A stretch of DNA of 64,000 nt, from contig NC_134034.1 in assembly GCF_964204645.1 (NCBI RefSeq), forward strand, positions 6,794,914-6,858,913. Direction: 5' to 3'. Under the pieces are notes generated by a model that had not been told where the DNA came from, ran no database searches, and worked only from the letters and a program-made list of their open reading frames with translations. Below, piece after piece: positions 26,103 to 39,409 of the stretch (positions are counted from its first letter, which is position 1; each line of letters begins with the position of its first letter). A program made the position numbers and the translations under genes. The DNA comes from Tubulanus polymorphus. Its lineage: Eukaryota; Animalia; Nemertea.

Positions 26103-27270
26103 GGCGCTTTTACGAAATTGAATCTGATTCGGTTTAGCTAAATCCGATTCGATGTTGGAAAACGTAAGGATTAGTAAATCGAATCGTTTTTCGTAAATGA
26201 GTCGAATCAATTTATCAATCTAAAGGTCGCGATTCGAAAGAAAATGGGCGTCAATGGTGACCGAATTATTGATAGATGATGGTCTGCAATAGATGTCTTT
26301 AGCCCACGGTCGAAGACAGGGGCGGATCCAGACCGTATTAGCCGTATTGCCCAATACGGTCTAGAATTTTTAAGTGCCCTTCGAAATTTCACCGGCAATA
26401 TTTTTGACGGCATTATTTCAGCAACCGCTAATTCCGTGTCCGTAATCCGGGCATAATTATAAAATTAATCGGTATATACTGCTGCCGAGAAAGTGAGGAG
26501 AGATAATCATATTTGTAAAGCCTTTAATCATGATAAATTAAAAAGGGCACTTTCCTTTTGCAAGGGGCACTCATGCTTTAGATGAGGGCACCTTGTCCTT
26601 GCCTTTTCAGGGAGGGCTAAAGGGGCACTCGTACTTTAGAAGAGGGCACTATACGCGGAAAATGTTGAAGAAAAGGGCACTTTTTGGCCTAATTTTTAAA
26701 ATTTTAGGGGCACTTTTGGTTTGGAAGATGGCACACGACATAAGGATAAATGTGAAGACGAGGCAATTTTTGCCGATTGTTAACAATGAAGGGGCACTTA
26801 GCCGTATTCTGTATAAATTGTTAAGGGGCACTTTTAAAGATTATAGGGGCACTAGGCGAAGTTGGCGACAACCATTCTTTCATGGGTTCGCCAGCTTCAT
26901 TTTTTATCCGCATCCGTTGAAATATTGTCTCGAATTCGTTTCCCAGACCCCCTCTGAGGACTTCGCGCCTTCGGCGATCGCATTGACCTGGATACTGGGT
27001 GTGCCCTAAGATCAGAAAGGTGCCCTTAAATTTCCTTCCAATACTGTCTACCCATCCCCCTGGATCCGCCCCTGGAAGAGGACGCCATGTTGGATTTCAC
27101 TGACTAAATCGCCACTAACTTGCTCGCCGAGCAAGTAAGTCGATTTAATAAATCAATTTACTAAACCGCATCCATAAACGAGTTGATTTACCAAATCGGA
27201 TTCACTAAACCGCGTGCCGTAAACGTGAAACTTAAATCGATTTACAAAGATTCAGTTTCGTAAAAGCGCC
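26103..27270. mobile_element. MITE with ggcgcttttacgaaa TIR (PIF/Harbinger-like)
   Basis: ~22-bp TIR, many taaatcga-type subterminal motifs; TSD imperfect (taa/tat). Confidence 0.65.
26317..27074. mobile_element. hAT-type MITE with 5-bp TSD GAAGA, nested
   Basis: Perfect 15-bp TIR caggggcggatccag; GAAGA at 26312-26316 and 27075-27079; many gggcac motifs. Confidence 0.85.
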
Positions 27271-27556
27271 TATAGTCGTCATGAACACCCGATTTGAATT
27301 CAAATTCAAAAGACTCCTAAAAACGCACCTGTTTACTCGATTACTGTAAAGATTACTTTGAGCATTTATATGCAAGAATCAGTGAAATTGGCGCTTTATC
27401 AGTTGTATTCATCATTCAAACCATTATTCTCCTTATCCTATGAATTTGGAGACCCATCCTTGCATGAGAATGAATATAATGTTATTTCAATTAAAGATGA
27501 CACATGGCCTCATATCATTACGTTATGTTTTTTAACGAGTGGGCGAGATTATATTT

Positions 27557-27863
27557 AGGGTTTTCTGTTGCTTCACAGAAAACCCTATTGAAATTCGCGT
27601 GATTATTATTAGGGTTTTCTGTTATTTCACAGAAAACCCTATTGATATCCGCGTGATTATTATTAGGGTTTTCTGTTATTTCACAGAAAACCCTATTGAT
27701 ATCCGCGTGATTATTAGGGTTTTTCTGTTATTTCACAGAAAACCCTATTGATATCCGCGTGATTATTAGGGTTTTCTGTTATTTCACAGAAAACCCTATT
27801 GATATCCGCGTGATTATTAGGGTTTTCTGTTATTTCACAGAAAACCCTATTGATATCCGCGTG
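27557..27863 (+). repeat. Six tandem 51-54-bp copies of the HINE-B 5' hairpin (two more at 42869-42965)
   Basis: agggttttctgttatttcacagaaaaccctattgatatccgcgtgattatt. Confidence 0.9.
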
Positions 27864-28046
27864 ATACTTATTATTATTATTTTCTTCCACACTATTTTTA
27901 CCAAAAGAACATAGGCTTTGTTACCTTACCGCTGTTTCATATACAATCCATATAATATCGTTCAGCTCACTGAGATCTACAAATAGCCCGCGTGTTTTTT
28001 CACGAATCATCGTTACAAAAGCGCTGTCGGGCCGTAAACATCGAAA

Positions 28047-28296
28047 GGACCAAGTACATTGAGAGAAAATTTTCAATTTATCCAAACCAGTATAAATTCT
28101 CCTCCCTTATGCAGACAAAAAACATCAGAACACTTTATAATTTATGTATCTTTATAAGTAAAATTGCTAAAATATTTGTGTAAACACGGCATTCGCTGCT
28201 ATGTTATTTTGTATAATGTTCTATTTTTCACTCATATTGTCTAATTTGTAGACCTTGAGTTTGTCAAATAAACTGTAAACTGTAAACTGTAAACTG
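28047..28296 (+). mobile_element. 5'-truncated non-LTR retroelement 3' end inserted in unit 1 only
   Basis: Absent from other units (catcgaaa|atttagcc); ends aataaa + (TAAACTG)n tail; possible gaaa TSD. Confidence 0.6.
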
Positions 28297-28920
28297 AAAA
28301 TTTAGCCCCATTCAATGGGGCGACATGTTTTTCGAGTCGTCATCCCGAAATCAACCCGCAGGCCGACTGTCACTTCGATTATCAATTCAAGTATAAATGA
28401 ACTAATTTATTGCCGCAGACTTCACATTCAGTCGCGGTCTTCAAACAGTGATTTTAACAATAGCCCATTTTCCTCATCAAATCATATTACCGATACACTG
28501 GAAATTTACTACTTTAGATTTTAAAAGCACTGTCGAGCCGTAAACATCGACGAATCGCGGTGTGTTACTACATCGTCGTTCCGGGGATCAGCTGCGAGTT
28601 TCTCGTCATCATGAACCTACGTGAAGTGAGCCTGTTACTCCAGCCTCGTATTTAGATATAGTGTGTATACACTGTACAGCTGCCTGTAGATACTGGTTGA
28701 CATGAAATGTATAACTTAGCATGACGGAGCGATGATAACTAACGTTAACGTTAGTATATAGCATCGGATACTGATACTCAAATTTCTCTGAAACAAAAAC
28801 TCCAGGTTTCGTAAAAACTGAGTATATTACTGAGTAGGCTCGATTGTTCAAGTAGATATATAAAGTAAATGTCTGTGCATCGATTTGTTCAGGTATTATT
28901 TCAACTCACGATTGCATCAT

Positions 28921-31419
28921 TCCGCGACAATTCAATATTTTGGTTTTGTCACTCGCGACAATTCATTATTTTGGTTTTATCGCCCGCGACAATTCAATAT
29001 TTTGGTTTTATCGCCCGCGATAATTCATTATTTTGGTTTTATCGCCCGCGACAATTCAATATTTCGTTTTTATCGCCCGCGACAATTCATTATTTTGGTT
29101 TTGTCGCCCCAGACCATTCATTATTTTGGTTTTATCGCCCGCGTCAATCCATTATTTTGGTTTTGTCGCCCGCGACAATTCATTATTTTGATTTTGTCGC
29201 CCGCGACGATTCAATATCTTGTTTTTGTCGCCCGAGACAATTCATTAGTTTGGTTTTATCGCCCGCGACAATTCATTAGTTTGGTTTTGTCGCCCGCGAC
29301 AATTCATTAGTTTGGTTTTGTCGCCCGCGACAATTCATTATTTTGGTTTTATCGCCCGCGACAATTCAATATTTTGGTTTTATCGCCCGCGATAATTCAT
29401 TATTTTGGTTTTATCGCCCGCGACAATTCAATATTTCGTTTTTATCGCCCGCGACAATTCATTATTTTGGTTTTGTCGCCCCAGACCATTCATTATTTTG
29501 GTTTTATCGCCCGCGTCAATCCATTATTTTGGTTTTGTCGCCCGCGACAATTCATTATTTTGATTTTGTCGCCCGCGACGATTCAATATCTTGTTTTTGT
29601 CGCCCGAGACAATTCATTAGTTTGGTTTTATCGCCCGCGACAATTCATTAGTTTGGTTTTGTCGCCCGCGACAATTCATTAGTTTGGTTTTGTCGCCCGC
29701 GACAATTCAATATTTTGGTTTTGTCGCCCGCGAAAATTCAATATTTTGGTTTTATCGCCCGCGACAATTCATTACTTAGGTTTTATCGCCACCGACAATT
29801 CATTATTTTGGTTTTGTCGCCCGCGACAATTCATTATTTTGGTTTTATATTTTGTTTTTGTCGCCCGCGACAATTTTCTTTTTTGGTTTTATCGCCTGCG
29901 ACAATTCAATATTTTTGTTTTATCGCCCGCGATTATTCATTAATTTGATTTTGTCGCCTGAGACAATTCATTATTTTGGTTTTATCGCCCGCGACAATTC
30001 ATTATTACGGTTTTATCGCCCGCGACAATTCATTATTTTGGTTTTGTCGCCCGCGACAATTAACCATTTTGGTTTTGTCGCCCGCGATAATTCACCATTT
30101 TGGTTTTGTCGCCCGCGAAAATTCAATATTTTGGTTTTATCGCCCGCGACAATTCATTACTTAGGTTTTATCGCCACCGACAATTCATTATTTTGGTTTT
30201 GTCGCCCGCGACAATTCATTATTTTGGTTTTATATTTTGTTTTTGTCGCCCGCGACAATTTTCTTTTTTGGTTTTATCGCCTGCGACAATTCAATATTTT
30301 TGTTTTATCGCCCGCGATTATTCATTAATTTGATTTTGTCGCCTGAGACAATTCATTATTTTGGTTTTATCGCCCGCGACAATTCATTATTACGGTTTTA
30401 TCGCCCGCGACAATTCATTATTTTGGTTTTGTCGCCCGCGACAATTAACCATTTTGGTTTTGTCGCCCGCGATAATTCACCATTTTGGTTTTGTCGCCAG
30501 CGACAATTCATTATTTTGGTTTTATCGCCTGCGACTATTCAATATTTTGTTTTTATCGCCCGCGACAATTCATTATTTTGGTTTTGTCGCCCGAGAACAT
30601 TCATTATTTTGGTTTTATCGCCTGCGTCAATTCATTATTTTGGTTTTGTCGCCCACGACAACTCATTATTTTGATTTTGTCGCCCGCGACGATTCAATAT
30701 CTTGTTTTTGTCGCCCGAGACAATTCATTATTTTGGTTTTATCGCCCGCGACAATTCATTATTTTGGTTTTATCGCCCGCGTCAATTCATTATTTTGGTT
30801 TTGTCGCCCGCGACAATTCATTATTTTGATTTTGTCGCCCGCGACGATTCAATATCTTGTTTTTGTCGCCCGAGACAATTCATTATTTTGGTTTTATCGC
30901 CCGCGACAATTCATTAGTTTGGTTTTATCGCCCGCGACAATTCATTATTTTGGTTTTGTCGCCCGAGACAATTCATAATTTTGGTTTAATCGCCCGCGAC
31001 AATTCAATATTTTGGTTTTATCGCCTGCGACAATTCATTATTTTGGTTTTATTGCCCGCGACAATTCAATATTTTGGTTTTATCGCCCGCGACAATTCAT
31101 TATTTTGGTTTTATATTTTGTTTTTATCGCCCGCGCCAATTTTTTTTTGGTTTTGTCGCCCGCGACAATTCAATATTTTGGTTTTGTCGCCCGCGACAAT
31201 TCATTATTTTGGTTTTATCGCCCGCAACAATTCAATATTTTGTTTTTATCGCCTGCGACGATTCAATATTTTGTTTTTGTCGCCCGAGACAATTCATGAT
31301 TTTGGTTTTATTGCCCGCGACAATTCAATATTTTTGTTTTATCGCCCGCGACAATTCATTAGTTTGGTTTTGTCGCCCGCGACAATTCAATATTTTGGTT
31401 TTGTCGCCCGCGACAATTA
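28921..31419 (+). repeat. 31-bp satellite block (ttttggtttt[g/a]tcgcccgcgacaattcatta)
   Basis: ~80 monomers; 372- and 385-bp higher-order duplications. Confidence 0.95.
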
Positions 31420-32838
31420 TTTTTCAGTCCACTTGGGACTTAAGTTCCAGCGGGCTATTGCGTTCACTTTTCTTCCGTCCGTCCGTCCATAGACGGAATC
31501 CAGTTATTTTGGGAAGTTTTGAAGACGCTTCAAGGTAATGTCTTGATATTTGGTTTATACATGTATCTACCCTAGACACATCGTCAGCCCAAAAACTAGC
31601 CCTGTCAGATTCAAGATGGCCGACTGGCAGCCATTGTTGTTTGCCAAAATCAGCACTTTTTAAACATTTTCGAAGTTTTCGTGGAAAATTTTGAAGACGC
31701 TTTGATCAATTACCTTGATGTTTCGTTTATATTTGAATCTACCAAAGGCCCATCAGCATAAGAAAATTGGGTCGATCTGACTCAAGATGGCCGTCCTATG
31801 ACCTTTTTAGTGCCCAAAAATGTCAATTTTGGCCAGAATTCTAGGTCACGTAGCTTCCTACTGGTTTGCCATTTCTCATTGCAATTGCTGATGGGCATTC
31901 TTTAGAGAGGGATGTTTTATTCCTGGGAAAGGTATCTTTGATCAGCCAATTATGACGCAATTGGCGGCCATCTTGGTGTCATCAGTACTCATTCGTAGGT
32001 GGGAAAAAGTTTTTCCACATTAAATTGATACCTTAGCATATTGTGTTACTATATTCAATTGGAAAGTTGTAGCCCATAACGTGTTCTATGATTTTGGTGA
32101 GTTTCAAGGTCATTGGTTTTAGTATGTGGCCATCAGGGGGCGTTGAATAATACAATAACTTAGTATTGCTATATTATATTTGTACCAAGGCATATTTTGT
32201 TACCATGATCAATTGCGAAGTTGTAGTTCATGACATCGTCTATGATTGTGGTGAGTTTTTAAGGACAATAAATATTCCATATAGTCACCAGGGGGCGTTG
32301 AATAGTAGAAAAGCTGAGTTTTTCCTTATTAGATTGGTACCTAGGCATAGTTTGTTACCATGATCCATTGCAAAGTTGTAGATCATGACATCGTCTATGA
32401 TTGTGGTGAGTTTTTAAGGACATTAGTTATTCCATATAGCCACCAGGGGGCGTTGAATAGTAGAATGGCTTAGTATTTCCTTATTAGATTGGTACCTAGG
32501 CATATTTTGGTACTATGATCAATTGCAAAGTTGTATTTCATGACAATTACTACAATTGTGGTGAGTTTTAAGGTCATTGGGTTTTGCATATGGTCACCAG
32601 GGGCGTTGAATAGTAGAATAACTTAGTATTTCCTTATTAAATTGGTAACGAGGCATATTTTGTTATCACAATCAATCACAAAATCATAGCTGCTCACATG
32701 TTCTATGATTGTGGTGGGTTTCAAGGTCATTGGTTTTTGTGTATGGTCACTAGAGGGCGTTGCGTATTGAAATTGTTAGATTGTTGAGCATTTGAAACCA
32801 CTTCCCAAGTGAGCATGGTGTCCCTGGACCCTTAGTTT
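31420..32838 (+). mobile_element. HINE-A complete copy inserted in a T-run of the satellite
   Basis: Reverse complement of 12628-14031 family; five ~154-bp repeats; satellite resumes 32839-33080. Confidence 0.85.
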
Positions 32839-33114
32839 GGTTTTGTCGCCCGCGACAATTCAATATTTTGTTTTTGTCGTCCGCGACAATTCAATATTTT
32901 GGTTTTAACGCCCGCGACAATTCATTATTGTGGTTTTATCGCCCGCGACAATTCATTATTTTGGTTTTATCGCCCTCGACAATTCATTATTTTTGTTTTG
33001 TCGCCCGTGACAATTCAATATTTTGGTTTTGTCACCCGCGACAATTCATAATTTTGGTTTTGTCCCCGTGGTTTTGTCGGAACATTAAGTTTTTTGGTCG
33101 AACAGTGTGGTAAG

Positions 33115-33400
33115 GTCGTTTTGGAAATTTACTCGGTCTGGTATCTTTTGGATTACTGTGTATGTCATTTGTCAGGACATTAAACAGAAGACGACTTAGG
33201 ATACTACCTTGCGTGACCCCACTAGTTAGACCGTCTCATTCCAAGATGAGGCGTTCCGTTGATTTCGGTTACAAGTTTCCGTTCAGAGATAACTGCTGAG
33301 CCATTTGGGCGACCTATCATTGATACTGTTTCCTAATAGCCTCTTTAGTAATGGCTGATGTTGAGCCTTATCAAATGCTTTGTTGAAATCCACCGTTGAA
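33115..33400 (-). pseudogene. Decayed CR1/L2-like reverse transcriptase fragment in HINE-B tail (also ~38025, 42530, 53290, 55548, 63408; partial 52655, 54915)
   Basis: Hand translation: VDFNKAFDKAQHQPLLKRL...KWLSSYL / ERK..EING / TSGVTQGSILSRLLFNVLTND. Confidence 0.8.
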
Positions 33401-34794
33401 CAGGATTCTAAGACTGTGCAGAAAACCCGTTATCGCTGCTTTGCAGCTATATTTATTATTATTATTTTCTTCCACACTATTTTTACCAAAAGAACATAGG
33501 CTTTGTTACCTTACCGCTGTTTCATATACAATCCATATAATATCGTTCAGCTCACTGAGATCTACAAATAGCCCCGCGTGTTTTTGCACAGAATCATCCT
33601 TACAAAAGCCTGTCGGGCCGTAAACATCGAAAATTAAGCCCCATTCAATGGATGTTTTTCAGAAGTCGTCTTTCCGAAATCTACCGCACGTTTCTTATCA
33701 CGTCGATCATCAATTCAAGCATAAATTAACAAATTTATTACCCAAAGATTGCACATTCAGTCGCAGTTTAAAAAAACTAATTTTTTTAATAGCCCATTTT
33801 CCTCATCAAATCATATTACCGATACACTGGAAATTTACTACTTTAGATTTTAAAAGCACTGTCGAGCCGTAAACATCGACGAATCGACGTGTGTTACTAC
33901 ATCGTCGTTCCGGGGATCAACTGCAAGTTTCTCCTCATCATGAGAATCAAATCGAGTACAAATTAATTTATTACTACCAGTGATTTGGCTGCGGGTTTCA
34001 AGGAGTTAGTATAACAATTCCTATTTTTCTTTACCGAATTAACCGTGTATTTACTAAGATAAATCTTTAGTGTACCGGGGAATCGTAGGCCTAAACTAAA
34101 CACGCCGAAGAAATATAGCGGAGAAAAGCTGTTATGTCGACGAGGTATCAAAATAAAAGAATATATTACTTTATTCGGCCGCGGGCTTCAACCTCTATAT
34201 CAATACCATCAATACTCTATATTTCCTACAGTACACACCGATCATTGTCAAATGCACAAGGTATTTACTAAATACAAGTATATAACACATAATCCTTTCC
34301 GTATGCTGGACTCACACTTGACATTCGGAGTAAGCGTTCGCTGTGGGGGAAAGGGATCGTTCGATGTGTCGCTTGAAGTGTTTATCGAGTTTGACGCGGC
34401 TTTAGGCCTACCGGTACTGAGCTTTACTGACTCAAACAAACACAGTACAATTGTTGCGTTTATTAACGGACTCATTGGATTGAACTTCAAAACAAAATTT
34501 ACCATATTTAGGTGGGTTGTTAAATTCAATAGGCCTACGACCAATCTGTCCGGATGTTAGGCCTACGCATATACAAAGGCCTACATAGGCTAGTAGCCTC
34601 TACTAGGTTAAGCGTTCGCTGTGGGGGAAAGGAGATCGTTCGCTGTGTCGCTTGAAGTGTTTATCGAGTTTTACGCGACCTTAAGGCTTTAGTGTGGTGG
34701 CTGATAAGGGCCATGCGTAAGAAAAACACGTATATGCAAATGAGGGCGACATTATGACAAAACGACAAAACTAAAATAACGCGACAAAACAATA

Positions 34795-36515
34795 ATTTTG
34801 GTTTTGTCGCCGGCGACAATTCCTTATTTTTGTTTTATCGCCCGCGACAATTCATTATTTTGGTTTTATCGCCCCCAACAATTCATTAGTTTGGTTTTGT
34901 CGCCCGCGACCATTCAAGATTTTGGTTTTTCTGCCGCGACAATTCATTTTTTGGATTTGTCGCCCGCGACAATTCAATATTTTGGTTTTGTCGCCCGCGC
35001 CAATTCATTATTTTGGTTTTATCGCCCGCGACAATTCATTAATTTGGTTTTATCGCCCGCGACAATTCATTATTTTGGTTTTATCGCCCGCGACAATTCA
35101 AGATTTTGGTTTTTCTGCCGCGACAATTCATTTTTTGGATTTGTCGCCCACGACAATTCAATATTTTGGTTTTATCGCCCGCGACAATTCATTATTTTGG
35201 TTTTATCGCCCGCGACAATTCATTAATTTGGTTTTGTCACCCGCGACGAAACAATATTTTGGTTTTGTCGCCCACGACAATTCAATAATTTGGTTTTATC
35301 GCCCACGACAATTCGTTATTTTGGTTTTATCACCCGCGACAATTCATTATTTTGGTTTTGTCGCACGCGACAATGGCGACAATTCAAGATTTTGGTTTTA
35401 TCGCCCGCGACAATTCATTTTTTGGTTTTATCGCCCACGACAATTCGTTATTTTGGTTTTATCACCCGCGACAATTCATTATTTTGGTTTTATCGCCCGC
35501 AACAATTTATTATTTTGGTTTTATCGCCCGCGACAATTCATTTTTTGGATTTGTCGCCCACGACAATTCAATATTTTGGTTTTATCGCCCGCGACAATTC
35601 ATTATTTTGGTTTTATCGCCCGCGACAATTTTTTTTTCTTTTTGTCGCGGTTTTATCGCCTGCGACACCTCAATATTTTGGTTTTATCGCCTGCGACAAT
35701 TCATTTTTTTGGTTTTATCGCCCGTGACAATTCATAAGTTTGGTTTAGTCGCCCGCGACAATTGAATATTTTGGTTTTGTCGCCCGCGACAATTCAATAT
35801 TTTGGTTTTATCGCCCGCGACAATTCATTTTTTTGGTTTTATCGCCTGCGACAATTTATTATTTTGGTTTTATCGCCCGCGACAATTCATTAGTTTGGTT
35901 TTGTCGCCAGCGACAATTGAATATTTTGTTTTTGTCGCCCGCGACAATTCATTATTTTGGTTTTATCACCCGCGACAATTCATTCTTTTGGTTTTGGCGC
36001 CCGCGACAATTCAATATTGTGGTTTTATCGCCAGCGACAACACATTATTTTGGTTTTATCGCCCACGACAATTGATTATTTTGGTTTTATCGCCCGCGAC
36101 AATTCATTATTTTGGTTTTGTCGCCCGCGACAATTCATTATTTTGGTTTTATATTTTGTTTTTGTCGCCCGCGACAATTCAATATTGTGGTTTTATCGCC
36201 AGCGACAATTCATTATTTTGGTTTTATCGCCCACGACAATTGATTATTTTGGTTTTATCGCCCGCGACAATTCATTATTTTGGTTTTGTCGCCCGCGACA
36301 ATTCAATATTTTGGTTTTATCGCCCGCGATAATTCATTATTTTGGTTTTGTCGCCCGAGACAATTCATTATTTTGGTTTTATCGCCCACGACAATTCATT
36401 TTTTTGGTTTTGTCGCCCGCGACAATTCAATATTTTGGTTTCATCGCCAGCGACAATTGATTATTTTGGTTTTATCGCCCGCGACAATTAATTTTTTGGT
36501 TTTGTCGCCCACATT
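34795..36515 (+). repeat. 31-bp satellite block
   Basis: Same monomer. Confidence 0.95.
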
Positions 36516-36602
36516 ATTAGCTTTTGAATAATTAGGCCAATTAATAATGTAATAAAGACTTATGCTTTCGCCCATTTTGAAGTCGATTAATGTGATATAG
36601 TA

Positions 36603-37014
36603 CGGAAGCGATAAAGGGCCTCGAGTTGTCGCGTTCAAACTCAACAAGTCGCCATATTTATGTCGATATATCGCGATATATCGTGTCAAGTCCACATGAA
36701 TATGTCTACATATCGTGACGTTTTCACGACAAATTTCGCTTATTTGCTCATTTTCCACGGGACAAGCCGTCATTTGAAGACATGTCTAAATGTAAGATGA
36801 GGACGCCAGTAATATGACGACTGAGTTTCAAGTCGTCATGAATATGTCGACTTGTCGCGAGGAAAGTGGTCGTGAAAACGAAATATGTCGTCAAAACGTC
36901 ACGATATATCGACATATTCATGTCGACTTGACGCGATATTTCGCGGTATGTCGACAATAATATGGCGACTTGTCGAGTTGGAACGCGTCATCTCGAGGCC
37001 CCTTATCGCTTCCG
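36603..37014. mobile_element. TA-flanked MITE with ~135-bp TIRs (second partial copy from ~37113)
   Basis: ta-cggaagcgataaagggcctcgag ... ctcgaggccccttatcgcttccg-ta. Confidence 0.8.
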
Positions 37015-37489
37015 TAGATATAGTGTCGAATATTAAGGTCATTTTGGCAGATTCTTTTTTTTAAAAGTGATATTAAAGCGATCATTCAAGTGATCCTACT
37101 TAATGAAAGATCTACGGAAGCGATAAAGGGCCTCGAGTTGTTGCGTTCCAACTCGACAAGTCGCCATATTTATGTCGATATATCGCATCAATTCGACATG
37201 AATATGTCGACATATCGTGACGTTTTGACGACTTGAAACTCAGTCGTCATATCACTGGCGTCCTCATCTTTCAGCAACGCCAGTCACATGGAGTCGTACG
37301 TGTTCTACTTTCTGCGACGCGACACGACTGTCACAACCAGCCGACGCGCTCTTGCGACTGGCAGAAACTAGTCGCACACAATCGTATTGCAAGCGACTTG
37401 CATCGAAACTTGCGATGCAACGCGAGGATCGCATCGTGTCACAAGAACAACCTACGTCTGGCTTTAAGTTACTGCGGTGCACCAGAAAT

Positions 37490-38015
37490 ATCTTTTTTTT
37501 CGTTCAAAAGACCTTTCGCTTGAAAATTCTTTCGTCGGAACAAACTTTATTTCGTTCGAACCAATAATATTCTATACAATTGAACCAATTTGAAAAAATC
37601 GTTAGAACAAAGTTGAACAAACTTTTTTTTGTCCAAACGAAAGGTTTTTCGTTCGAACAATCATTCAATTGAACAGAATCGTTTTAATTTGAACAGAATT
37701 TTCTTGTCAGAACATTAAGTTTTTCGTTCTAACAAGTATATTGAAAAAAGATTTTCTCCGAACCGAAAGTATTAAGTATTTCGTTCAATCGAACAGAATT
37801 GTTTTCATTCAAACATTCGTTCGAAAAAAATTGTTTTCGCTCAACCAATTTTTCTTTTCATCATTTCAACAATAACATAGCTTTTTATTCGAACACATTT
37901 TTTGTCAGAATGAAGAAAATTTTTGGTTCAAGCAAAAAGCGTATTGTTCGATTAAACAGAATTATTTTCATTCGAACAAGATTTTCTTGTTGGAACAAGG
38001 TTTTTGGTCGAACAG
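37490..38015 (+). repeat. Degenerate short repeat rich in ttcgttcgaac motifs
   Basis: Recurrent gttcgaac/tcgaaca motifs at ~20-30-bp spacing. Confidence 0.6.
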
Positions 38016-39409
38016 CGTATTAAGGTCGATTTGGAAATTTACTCGGTCTGGTATATTTTGGATTACTGTGTATGCCATTTGTCAGGACATTAGACAGAAG
38101 ACGACTTAGGATACTACCTTGCGTGACTCCACTAGTTTGACCGACTTATTCCAAGATGAGGCGTTCCGTTGATTTCAGCTACAAGTTTTCGTTCAGAGAT
38201 AACTGCTGAGCCATTTAGGGGACCTATCATTGATACTGTTTCCTAATAGCCTGTTTAGTAATGGCTGATGTTGTGCCTTATCAAACGCTTCGTCAAAATC
38301 CACCGTTGAACAGGATTCTAAGACTGTGCAGAAAACACGTTATCGCTGCTTTGCAGCTATATTTATTATTATTATTTTCTTCCACACTATTTTTACCAAA
38401 AGAACATAGGCTTTGTTACCTTACCGCTGTTTCATATACAATCCATATAATATCGTTCAGCTCACTGAGATCTACAAATAGCCCGCGTGTTTTTTCACGA
38501 ATCATCGTTACAAAAGCGCTGTCGGGCCGTAAACATCGAAAATTTAGCCCCATTCAATGGGGCGACATGTTTTTCGAGTCGTCATCCCGAAATCAACCCG
38601 CAGGCCGACTGTCACTTCGATTATCAATTCAAGTATAAATGAACTAATTTATTGCCGCAGACTTCAAATTCAGTCGCGGTCTTCAAACAGTGATTTTAAC
38701 AATAGCCCATTTTCCTCATCAAATCATATTACCGATACACTGGAAATTTACTACTTTAGATTTTAAAAGCACTGTCGAGCCGTAAACATCGACGAATCGA
38801 CGTGTGTTACTACATCGTCGTTCCGGGGATCAGCTGCGAGTTTCTCCTCATCATGAGAATCAAATCGAGTACAAATTAATTTATTACTACCAGTGATTTG
38901 GCTGCGGGTTTCAAGGAGTTAGTTTAACAATACCTATTTTTCTTTACCGAATTAACCGTGTATTTACTAAGATAAATGTTTAGTGTACTGGGGAATCGTA
39001 GGCCTAAACTAAACAGGCCGAAGAGATATGGCGGAGAAAAGCTGTTATGTCGACGAGGTATCAAAATAAAAGAATATATTACTTTATTCGGCCGCGGGCT
39101 TCAACCATTTATCAATACTCTATATTTCCTACAGTACATACCGATCATTGTCAAATGCACTAGGTATTTACTAAATACAATTATATAACACACTCCTATC
39201 CGTATGTTGGACTCACACTTGACATTCGGAGTAAGCGTTCGCTTTGGGGGAAAGGAGATTGTTCGCTGTGTCGCTTGAAGTGTTTATCGAGTTTTACGCG
39301 ACCTTAAGGCTTTAGTATGGTGGCTGATAAGATAAAAAAACACGAATATGCAAATGAGGGCGACATTACGACAAAACGACAAAACTAAAATAACGCGAGA
39401 AAACAATGA

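Noticed and set aside
27557-27863. 51-bp hairpin repeats as a CRISPR array
   Set aside because: Intervening sequence is identical between copies; it is the element terminus
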